A stretch of DNA of 41,279 nt, taken from IMG/VR virus record IMGVR_UViG_3300045988_151297, positions 1-41,279 of that record; one strand, given 5' to 3'. A program made the translations under genes and the position numbers. The DNA comes from a virus. Each line of letters begins with the position of its first letter. The stretch's first letter is position 1. The notes under the pieces were generated by a model. It was not told where the DNA came from. It ran no database searches and saw only the letters and a list, made by a program, of their open reading frames with translations. Of this stretch, positions 18,148-24,712 are shown in pieces.

Positions 18148-18408
18148 ATGGCTAAGTTAGACAAACAAGGCTTAAACACTTTTATAAGAGAATTAGATAA
18201 ACATATAAATACAAAGATAAATAGATTAGATATAACTCCTAAAGCTGAAAAAGTTACTATAGCAGATGAACAAGGATTATTTGAAGCTACTAATGTAGAG
18301 GATGCACTTTTAGAGAACAAAACAAGTATTTTAGAATTGAAAAATGAGGTAAATGGTCAAAAAATTAGAGGGATAGAAATAGCTAATTCCTTAATTAGTA
18401 AGTTATAA
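18148..18408 (+). CDS. Hypothetical tail-fibre-module protein
   Basis: 86 aa after RBS AGGAGGTG. No motif recognised. Confidence 0.4.
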   Translation: MAKLDKQGLNTFIRELDKHINTKINRLDITPKAEKVTIADEQGLFEATNVEDALLENKTSILELKNEVNGQKIRGIEIANSLISKL

Positions 18409-18434
18409 AATTTTAACAGAAATGAGGTGATTTA

Positions 18435-19739
18435 ATGTCGGCAGAATATTTAGGGCAAGTTGCTAATCTTGTAACTTGTGAAGAATTGATTGAACTTACC
18501 AATTTTACTGGTGGATCTTCTAACTCTACAGGCGATATTACTTGGGGTAAAATATTAGAAAATGGGAAAATATATCTAGTTTCACAAGCATTACCTAAAA
18601 GAAATATAAGTTGGTCTACTTTAAATTCACAAGGTCTTATATTTGGGAAAACTATAACTATAGGTAAAGATAAATATATATGTAGGTCTATGACTGGTTT
18701 AAATGATGATAATTCATATGGTGGTGAGTGGTCTAGGTGGGTAATTGATTTATTAATCCCACAAGGAATGGATTTTTCAAATTTAGCAGGAAGGTACAGA
18801 TTTACACAAGACATACTTGATGAAAAAGCTGTTTTGGTAGGATATTATAATAATTCATCTACATATACAACGCTAAATATAAACGATTCATCAACTAACT
18901 ATAGTTGGAATCCCGTATTAGAATTATTGCCAAGGTGTGAATTTTCTATTAATAGTGAGGATTTAGGTAAAATATTTAATCCAGTCTGTATTAAATATGT
19001 TGTACTAGGTGATACTCATACACTTATTGAAAAGATAAACGGAACACAAATACGAACACTAGATAACCAAGTAAGTGGAACAGAATATGTTTTAGATTTA
19101 ACTTCTCAATGGGATAATATAAAATATGGTAAACATAAAATAGAAATAATAGCAATCGATAGCAATGGTTTATCATCTACTGTAGAAATAACATTTAATA
19201 AAATAAAAGAAATAACAAAGCCTATTCCAACTACATCAAGTTTAAAAGAATTTGTAGACCACATAGATAATGTTGATAAGGATGTAGATTATCTTAGATA
19301 TAGTTTAAAAAATAATCTTATTGAAAAAGGTGTAGAATGTAGTGATACTGATAAAATGTCAAGTTTGATTGATAAGGTTGGAGATATAGGGAGTATTTAC
19401 ATTTCAGATAATGAAGTTGTGTCAATACCTGAGCAAATTGCAACAGCTGTTAGTAATCAAACATTGCATTTGTTAAGTTATAAATGTAATGCAAAAGGAA
19501 GTTTAAGGGTATCTTCGGAGTTGTATGGTTATAATTCAAATTCATATTTTAAGATAGAGCATTTATCAGATAATATTGTAGTTAATAGCAAGAAAATAAG
19601 TTCACTTACAACAGCATTTATTTATTATTCTTATGATTTAGATAATATAAAAGTAGGTGATGTTATAAATTTATATTTATATAATAAAACTGGAGATACT
19701 CACGCAAGAAAAACATCAATTAAAGGAGATGTAATATGA
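18435..19739 (+). CDS. Putative distal tail fibre / receptor-binding protein
   Basis: 434 aa after RBS GAGGTGA. It is the last large gene of the tail module. The call is positional only. Confidence 0.45.
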   Translation: MSAEYLGQVANLVTCEELIELTNFTGGSSNSTGDITWGKILENGKIYLVSQALPKRNISWSTLNSQGLIFGKTITIGKDKYICRSMTGLNDDNSYGGEWSRWVIDLLIPQGMDFSNLAGRYRFTQDILDEKAVLVGYYNNSSTYTTLNINDSSTNYSWNPVLELLPRCEFSINSEDLGKIFNPVCIKYVVLGDTHTLIEKINGTQIRTLDNQVSGTEYVLDLTSQWDNIKYGKHKIEIIAIDSNGLSSTVEITFNKIKEITKPIPTTSSLKEFVDHIDNVDKDVDYLRYSLKNNLIEKGVECSDTDKMSSLIDKVGDIGSIYISDNEVVSIPEQIATAVSNQTLHLLSYKCNAKGSLRVSSELYGYNSNSYFKIEHLSDNIVVNSKKISSLTTAFIYYSYDLDNIKVGDVINLYLYNKTGDTHARKTSIKGDVI

Positions 19740-20206
19740 TAAAAAAATTAGAATTCTTAAATGATGAAGATAAAAATAATTTAATAAATCAGAACAAAGA
19801 TATGCATGTCATTGCTATTGAATTTGGTTTAAAACATAATTATATAACTTTTTCAGATACTCCATTACCTGAACCTGAATACGATATATGGGGTACAATT
19901 AAAGAACAAGGAAACAAAATATCCATTTTAGAAGCCGAAAATGAGAAGTTAAAAGTGGAGCAAGAGCAACAAAACGAAGAAATACTTGTAAATATGTTAG
20001 CTAATACTGAAATGTTTGAAATGATTTTAGGTATGATGCCTATGACATTATCAGAAGATAAAACTAAAAATAGTGGAGGTAATTCAATGATCGAAGTATA
20101 TTGTACGCTTATCATAAAAGGAGTTAAGACTATAGAAGATGTCCCTTTAGTTATAAGAGAACAAGTTATAGAAAGATTAAAACAATTAGAAGTACCAGTT
20201 AAGTAG
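19736..20206 (+). CDS. Hypothetical protein (tail-fibre accessory?)
   Basis: 156 aa with an ATGA overlap and a central coiled coil. The C-terminal 40 aa (MIEVYCTLIIKGVKTIEDVPLVIREQV) resemble a small protein often found before lysis genes in Firmicutes phages. This last point is from recollection only. Confidence 0.35.
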   Translation: MIKKLEFLNDEDKNNLINQNKDMHVIAIEFGLKHNYITFSDTPLPEPEYDIWGTIKEQGNKISILEAENEKLKVEQEQQNEEILVNMLANTEMFEMILGMMPMTLSEDKTKNSGGNSMIEVYCTLIIKGVKTIEDVPLVIREQVIERLKQLEVPVK

Positions 20207-20229
20207 AACTTTTAGGAGTTCTTTTTTTA
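20205..20229 (+). terminator. Intrinsic terminator (first of a tandem pair)
   Basis: AGAACT/AGTTCT stem followed by T7. Confidence 0.6.
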
Positions 20230-20230
20230 T

Positions 20231-20260
20231 GGCTAGATTAATTTCTAGCCTTTTATTTTT
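20231..20260 (+). terminator. Intrinsic terminator (second of a tandem pair)
   Basis: GGCTAGA/TCTAGCC stem, loop TTAAT, followed by TTTTATTTTT. Confidence 0.7.
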
Positions 20261-20290
20261 ATTTTAAGGGTGGTGTATTGAGTGGAACAA

Positions 20291-20560
20291 ATGATAAGTA
20301 ATTTAGGTTTTCCTGTAGCTTGTGTATGTGCTTTAGGTGTTTATTTTGTACAAAAAGATAAAGCTTCAAGGGAAGATATAAATAAAATCATAGACAATTT
20401 AAGAGAAGATAATAAATTAGATAGGGAGCTATACAGAGATACAATAGATAAATTTGATAGCAAATTAGATAAATTTGCAATAGCTTTAGAGAGCAATAAT
20501 AATCGTTTAGAATCTATTGAAGATGATGTAAAAAGCATAAAAGAAAGGGTAGGTGTATAG
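20291..20560 (+). CDS. Holin, BhlA/UviB family
   Basis: One N-terminal TM (LGFPVACVCALGVYFV) followed by a charged coiled coil, as in BhlA/UviB. It lies immediately upstream of the endolysin. An alternative GTG start is at 20282. Confidence 0.7.
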   Translation: MISNLGFPVACVCALGVYFVQKDKASREDINKIIDNLREDNKLDRELYRDTIDKFDSKLDKFAIALESNNNRLESIEDDVKSIKERVGV

Positions 20561-20562
20561 AT

Positions 20563-21240
20563 ATGAAAATATTAATATCAGCAGGTCATACTCTTACTGG
20601 TAAAGGTACTGGTGCAGTAGGTTTTATAAATGAAAGCCAAGAAAATAGAGTATTAGCTAAATTCATAGTTGAACATCTTAAAAAACTAGGTTGTGAAACA
20701 GATTATCATGAAGTAAATAGTGGAAGTGATTATATAGAGCAACAAGCTAAAAAAGCTAATTCTAAAAAATATGATTTAGTTGTTCAAATACACTTTAATA
20801 GTTCAGATAATGCAGCTGCTAATGGTACAGAAGTAATATACAGAAGTTCTAAAGGGAAAGTATTTGCTCAAAAAGTTCAAGATAAACTTAAAACTGAATT
20901 TAAAGATAGAAAAATTAAGCATGATATAAATGATTTAAAGCGTGATCTTGGTTGGTTAAGATTAACTAAACCACCTGCAATATTAATAGAAACTTGTTTT
21001 GTATCTAATAGAAGTGATACTGATAAATATACATCTAATAGGGAAAAGATAGCTAAATTAATAGCAGAAGGAATAGCAAATCAAGCTGTATCTGAAAATA
21101 ATAATTCTAGCACTTCATCTACTAATAAAAAACTATATGCAGTTTGTATTGGTGCTTATAGTGATAAATCTGTAGCAGATTCAAAAGTTGAAGAATTAAA
21201 GAAAAAAGGTTATAAAGATACTTATTTAATTCCAAGATAA
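20563..21240 (+). CDS. Endolysin: N-acetylmuramoyl-L-alanine amidase (Amidase_3) with a short C-terminal SPOR-like repeat
   Basis: MKILISAGH..ESQEN..VQIHFNS..LIETCFVSN are Amidase_3 metal and catalytic motifs. An S/N linker is followed by KLYAVCIGAYSDKSVADSKVEELKKKGYKDTYLIPR. Confidence 0.9.
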   Translation: MKILISAGHTLTGKGTGAVGFINESQENRVLAKFIVEHLKKLGCETDYHEVNSGSDYIEQQAKKANSKKYDLVVQIHFNSSDNAAANGTEVIYRSSKGKVFAQKVQDKLKTEFKDRKIKHDINDLKRDLGWLRLTKPPAILIETCFVSNRSDTDKYTSNREKIAKLIAEGIANQAVSENNNSSTSSTNKKLYAVCIGAYSDKSVADSKVEELKKKGYKDTYLIPR

Positions 21241-21376
21241 ATATTTATTTTATTGGTAATATATGTTAAAATATAATTAAAATAACATTACATAAGTAAG
21301 AATATATTATCTTTGCTTTAATCTTATTCTAAATGTTTCTATATTTTTGTAATTATTATGTATTTTGATTCAAAAG

Positions 21377-21407
21377 AAGCTATTGTATTGTTGCGATAGC
21401 TTTTTTT
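21377..21407 (+). terminator. Intrinsic terminator ending the late block
   Basis: AAGCTAT/ATAGCTT stem followed by T7. Confidence 0.65.
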
Positions 21408-21440
21408 ACTTGCTACAATATAAATATATCCAACTTTAAT

Positions 21441-21563
21441 TTGCAATACTCGAGTTGTAGAGTATAAATTCAACAGTTAATCGGCTAAAGATTTCAATAT
21501 CAACAAACAACCATATAAATTCAGTAAAAAGGGAAGCTATGGGGATTTGGGCTTCTTTTTTTA
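21441..21563 (+). ncRNA. Candidate small non-coding RNA unit (promoter, about 90 nt, terminator)
   Basis: TTGCAA (21441..21446), 16 nt, TATAAA (21463..21468). No ORF or RBS follows. It ends in a GAAGC/GCTTC hairpin (extendable with A-U and G-U pairs) plus T8 at 21528..21563. Confidence 0.25.
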
Positions 21564-21580
21564 TGTTTGAAATTAGGCAA

Positions 21581-21608
21581 ATAAAAAAGACTGCTTAAAA
21601 GCAATCTT
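21581..21608 (-). terminator. Terminator of the leftward operon
   Basis: On the minus strand, stem AAGATTGCTT/AAGCAGTCTT (one G-U) is followed by TTTTTTAT. Confidence 0.5.
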
Positions 21609-21724
21609 CTTTATTGACGATATAATTAATAATAAAAGAAAGGAGATACTAAAACATAGCTAAATTTTAGTACATATATATAATTCTATAAAAGTGATTA
21701 AAACCCTCTTTATTCGATGAAATA

Positions 21725-21754
21725 TTGACAAATTTTATTATAAAAAAGTATAAT
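21725..21754 (+). promoter_or_regulatory. Consensus sigma-A-type promoter (TTGACA, 18 nt, TATAAT) with no downstream + strand gene; points antisense into the leftward operon
   Basis: TTGACA at 21725..21730 and TATAAT at 21749..21754. The next + strand ORF (21825) has no RBS and an implausible composition. Confidence 0.45.
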
Positions 21755-21870
21755 TAATTTGTACAATAAGTTTATAATTATTGTCTAGATTTTTGAAATT
21801 CCACAAGAAATCATTACATCCAAATTGAATTCTAACGTTTTAATGGCTTATACTTTCTGTATAGGCTATT

Positions 21871-22044
21871 TTAATTTGACTTACATACCGAGCATCTATC
21901 ATATTCAAATCTTTGATACCTATCACAACATCTACAATATTGAAAATTATTATTATAACTACTATGACTATAAAAATTGTCTTGGTGATTTCTTTTCCAG
22001 TATGAGCCTTTTTCTTCCTTATCTTGATTAAATATATTAAACAT
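21871..22044 (-). CDS. Small Cys-containing protein (57 aa)
   Basis: ATG 22044 follows AAGGGTGG. The track ORF starts at GTG 22056. Sequence ends FQYCRCCDRYQRFEYDRCSVCKSN. Confidence 0.4.
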   Translation of the reverse strand: MFNIFNQDKEEKGSYWKRNHQDNFYSHSSYNNNFQYCRCCDRYQRFEYDRCSVCKSN

Positions 22045-22137
22045 ATAACCGACCACCCTTTAAAATCTAATTTAAAAGGTATTATGGGCATATCTGAATA
22101 TATTTATACATTAAAATGTTTAAATAAAATGATATTT

Positions 22138-22299
22138 TTATTCATATATTTTATCTAATATATCTTCACATATTAAATCACATATTTCTCCTGCTCTTTC
22201 TTGTAGTTCATGTTCAGATACTAATTTACCAATTTCATCTTCCCATCTTATACAAACATAGCCTTCACTATCTAATAAAATCTTACCTAAAACTTCCAT
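22138..22299 (-). CDS. Small acidic hypothetical protein (53 aa)
   Basis: ATG 22299 follows GGAGGAAGG. Protein: MEVLGKILLDSEGYVCIRWEDEIGKLVSEHELQERAGEICDLICEDILDKIYE. It is below the track cut-off. Confidence 0.5.
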   Translation of the reverse strand: MEVLGKILLDSEGYVCIRWEDEIGKLVSEHELQERAGEICDLICEDILDKIYE

Positions 22300-22324
22300 A
22301 CCTTCCTCCAATAAAAGAATTATT

Positions 22325-22618
22325 TTATCTAATGCTATTTAAAATATCTGTTATTTTCCAAACTCCATTTTCCCAAGTTATAAAATCATACTTACCTAAT
22401 TTAACTTTATCATATAAACTATGGTCTTTTATCGGATAACTACCTATAACCCAAGTATCATAACCACTTGTGGTTATGCCATTAGTTTCCTTATCTCTTA
22501 TTGGTAATTCTTTGAATAACTCTACTGTTCCTTTTTCGTGTCTTGCGATGTATTTAAACCCTAAATAATAGGCGTATTTTAATTCAACATATTCTTTATC
22601 TGTCAATTTGATATTCAT
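22325..22618 (-). CDS. Hypothetical protein (97 aa)
   Basis: A track ORF, tightly packed within the leftward operon. No motif recognised. Confidence 0.6.
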   Translation of the reverse strand: MNIKLTDKEYVELKYAYYLGFKYIARHEKGTVELFKELPIRDKETNGITTSGYDTWVIGSYPIKDHSLYDKVKLGKYDFITWENGVWKITDILNSIR

Positions 22619-22652
22619 AATTTAAATCCTTTCTAATAAAAATTATATTTCA

Positions 22653-22796
22653 CTAAAAACACATATCTTTGCATTCACAGTTATAGCAATTATGACCTTC
22701 TTGATTATCACAATGACATTCTTTTTCTTTATCCGCATCCATACCACATTGTACATAACAACACTTACCACATTCTGTATTTAATATCTCACACAT
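22653..22796 (-). CDS. Cysteine-rich micro-protein (47 aa, 11 Cys)
   Basis: ATG 22796 follows GGTGA. Protein: MCEILNTECGKCCYVQCGMDADKEKECHCDNQEGHNCYNCECKDMCF. Confidence 0.5.
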   Translation of the reverse strand: MCEILNTECGKCCYVQCGMDADKEKECHCDNQEGHNCYNCECKDMCF

Positions 22797-22814
22797 TACA
22801 TTCACCACATTAAA

Positions 22815-22991
22815 TTATATTTTATCTTTCTCAATAACTATCTTTCCTTCTGATTCAGTTATTTTTATTTGTCTATCTTCTATGCTAATACCTAACGTTT
22901 CAATAACCCAACTTGGTAATGATAATTTATAAATGTAAGAGTTGGGTCTATCTTTAACCTTTTGTATACTTATATTTCTAATTGCTTCCAT
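22815..22991 (-). CDS. AbrB/MazE/SpoVT-like DNA-binding protein (58 aa)
   Basis: ATG 22991 follows AGGAGGGA. YKLSLPSWVIETLGISIEDRQIKITESEGKIVIEK fits the swapped-hairpin AbrB pattern. It is a paralogue of 36709..36870. Confidence 0.55.
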   Translation of the reverse strand: MEAIRNISIQKVKDRPNSYIYKLSLPSWVIETLGISIEDRQIKITESEGKIVIEKDKI

Positions 22992-23045
22992 AGTCCCTCC
23001 TAATTAATTGGTAAGGGCTTTTTATAGTGAGCCACCAATTTTGTA

Positions 23046-23207
23046 TTAAACTCTTTCTATTCTTGTTATAGTCCATTCTTTATTTTGATTATCCCATTGT
23101 TCAAAATTTTCTCTAGCTTCTTCTTTAGTGTTACAAGTTACTGTGCAGTTGAATTCTTCCCCAATTTTATTTCCTCTTTTTCTGTAATAAATATTATATT
23201 CTCTCAT
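23046..23207 (-). CDS. Small hypothetical protein (53 aa)
   Basis: ATG 23207 follows GGAAGG. Protein: MREYNIYYRKRGNKIGEEFNCTVTCNTKEEARENFEQWDNQNKEWTITRIERV. Confidence 0.5.
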   Translation of the reverse strand: MREYNIYYRKRGNKIGEEFNCTVTCNTKEEARENFEQWDNQNKEWTITRIERV

Positions 23208-23251
23208 TCTTAATACCTTCCTTTTCTCTTTTATTTAACTTTCTTAATTAT

Positions 23252-23280
23252 ATTATATCTCGTTAGTAACTAACAGTCAA
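23252..23280 (-). promoter_or_regulatory. Consensus promoter (TTGACT, 17 nt, TATAAT) with palindromic 13-mer GTTAGTTACTAAC in the spacer
   Basis: Minus strand: -35 at 23275..23280, -10 at 23252..23257, 13-mer at 23262..23274. Confidence 0.6.
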
Positions 23281-23303
23281 TACTTATATTATTGTTTTTA
23301 TTT

Positions 23304-23783
23304 CTATATTGCATTTATATCGTTTAAATGTTGCTCAAAGCTTAAGTGATTAGCATAAACTTCTTTTATAGCTTCTATTCTTCTGTTAAGTCTTTTAAGT
23401 TCTTTTCCTTCTTCTCTTTTGAATATAGCTTGTAATTCACCATTTGTTTCTACTCTTGCATCTTTAGTTGCTCCAAGTTTTTTATTTGCTTTTCTGTCAG
23501 CTATGTATATATACCCATCCATTAAAAAGCAATTACTCGAATGTCTGTTATCAACTAATATTTCTTTTCCGTTCATTATTAAAGTTTTTACTGTTCTTCC
23601 TTCTCCCATTTCAACTTTAACATCTGTTCCTCTACTTGTTCTATATTCTATCATTTTATTTTCTCCTTTTCTTATTAGAGAATGTGCTAATGATAATGCT
23701 AATCTGAAAGTTGCTTTATAGCTATCACCTTTTCTTATTATTTTTTTAGTTATTTCATGTGCTTTCTTCATAACATTTCTCAT
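23304..23783 (-). CDS. Hypothetical protein (159 aa) sharing a 43-aa N-terminal module with 36206..36697
   Basis: ATG 23783 follows AAGGAGG. The N-terminus MKKAHEITKKIIRKGDSYKATFRLALSLAHSLIRKGENKM is near-identical to the paralogue. The C-terminal parts are unrelated. Confidence 0.65.
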   Translation of the reverse strand: MRNVMKKAHEITKKIIRKGDSYKATFRLALSLAHSLIRKGENKMIEYRTSRGTDVKVEMGEGRTVKTLIMNGKEILVDNRHSSNCFLMDGYIYIADRKANKKLGATKDARVETNGELQAIFKREEGKELKRLNRRIEAIKEVYANHLSFEQHLNDINAI

Positions 23784-23820
23784 TTTTACATCCTCCTTAT
23801 TTATTAATTATTATACTTTA

Positions 23821-23849
23821 ATTATATGTTAGTACCTAACAAAAGTCAA
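23821..23849 (-). promoter_or_regulatory. Consensus promoter (TTGACT, 17 nt, TATAAT) with palindromic 13-mer GTTAGGTACTAAC in the spacer
   Basis: Minus strand: -35 at 23844..23849, -10 at 23821..23826, 13-mer at 23828..23840. Confidence 0.6.
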
Positions 23850-23878
23850 GTATATTTCTAAAGTTTTTTATTTATTTT

Positions 23879-24010
23879 TTATTCTTCTATAACTAAAGCA
23901 ATTATTTCTTTGTTTTGATCAATTATAACTTTCTTGCCTTCTACTAAATGCCAATTCCAATAAGCTGGTACTTCTATTATTTTATCATTTTCAAGTAATT
24001 TTATTTTCAT
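23879..24010 (-). CDS. Small hypothetical protein (43 aa), first gene of the leftward arm
   Basis: ATG 24010 follows AAGGAGGAAAA. The track ORF extends to 24070 without an RBS. Confidence 0.45.
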   Translation of the reverse strand: MKIKLLENDKIIEVPAYWNWHLVEGKKVIIDQNKEIIALVIEE

Positions 24011-24069
24011 TTTTCCTCCTTTGTGGTATGAGCTGCTTAACTCTACTAGGTGCTTGTAAAATTTTAACA

Positions 24070-24097
24070 ATTATATTGTATATGAGTTTATCCACAA
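24070..24097 (-). promoter_or_regulatory. Leftward promoter (TTGTGG, 16 nt, TATAAT)
   Basis: Minus strand: -10 at 24070..24075 and -35 at 24092..24097. The -35 overlaps the TGTGGAT repeats. Confidence 0.4.
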
Positions 24098-24114
24098 TAT
24101 CCACATAATCCACA
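24090..24114. repeat. Three direct repeats of ATCCACA (minus strand TGTGGAT) at 9-bp spacing
   Basis: TCCACA at 24091, 24100 and 24109. Confidence 0.85.
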
Positions 24115-24177
24115 AAATAAATAAACCCAAAGCATCATATGATAGTGTGGCTAGACATATTGAAAATGCTTGGATGG

Positions 24178-24259
24178 AAAATTTCTTTCTATCCGGATAG
24201 AAAGTTTTTTTCTATAGCTTAGAAAAATTCTTTTCATCCGGACAGAAAGTTTTTTTACA
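24178..24259. promoter_or_regulatory. Two about 37-bp direct repeats 45 bp apart; the first holds a perfect 20-bp palindrome CTTTCTATCCGGATAGAAAG (24185..24204) followed by T7, and the second copy is degenerate
   Basis: Copy 1 is at 24178..24214 and copy 2 at 24223..24259 (4 mismatches in 34). Each reads as hairpin plus T7 on the + strand, so they may be operators or + strand terminators. Confidence 0.6.
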
Positions 24260-24343
24260 TAAACTAGAATTAATAAACTAGATTAAACAAATTATATTTA
24301 TTTAACTTTTAGAAAAAATAAAAAATAAATTCAAAATAAGAAG

Positions 24344-24372
24344 TTGCAAAATTGGCATACTAATAGTATAAT
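24344..24372 (+). promoter_or_regulatory. Rightward early promoter (TTGCAA, 17 nt, TATAAT)
   Basis: -35 at 24344..24349 and -10 at 24367..24372, 32 nt upstream of ATG 24404. Confidence 0.6.
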
Positions 24373-24403
24373 AATGATATAACTAAATAAGTGAGGTGAT
24401 AAA

Positions 24404-24712
24404 ATGAATGGTGTAATATTTAAAGGTTTTCATGTAAGTAAGGCTCTTGATGGAATTATAAATGATAAAGATTTAAATGGAGATGAAAAAGTTATATTAA
24501 TAACTATAAGTTTTTACCATAAGGGTTTAATAGAAGAAGATCCTGCTATGAGTTTGCCGATGGATAAAATAAGCGAATTAGTTAATTGTTCAAAGTCGAC
24601 TGCAAATAGAATAATGAAAAAATTAATAGAAAAGGGATATTTAGAAAGCATAAAAAAAGGTCAAGGGAAACCTAATATTTATGTATTTAAGGGGTGGAGA
24701 AAATGGCAATAA
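24404..24712 (+). CDS. Winged-helix protein, short RepA_N-like
   Basis: 102 aa. LNGDEKVILITISFY ... ISELVNCSKSTANRIMKKLIEKGYLESIKKGQGKPNIYVF follows the RepA_N-type pattern (...CS..T....ELxExGLI....G.GKPN.IYV). Confidence 0.45.
   Translation: MNGVIFKGFHVSKALDGIINDKDLNGDEKVILITISFYHKGLIEEDPAMSLPMDKISELVNCSKSTANRIMKKLIEKGYLESIKKGQGKPNIYVFKGWRKWQ

Noticed and set aside
21241-21840. A search for attP and an integrase in the classical position after the lysis genes.
   Set aside because: No recombinase-like ORF exists in any frame anywhere in the window. The region contains only terminators and promoter-like elements, so no attP can be proposed.
21825-22091. Track ORFs 21825..22031 (+, 68 aa) and 21840..22091 (-, 83 aa).
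   Set aside because: Neither has an RBS, and both have implausible Tyr/Asn/Ile-rich composition. The overlapping minus-strand 57-aa frame starting at ATG 22044 has a good RBS and is preferred.
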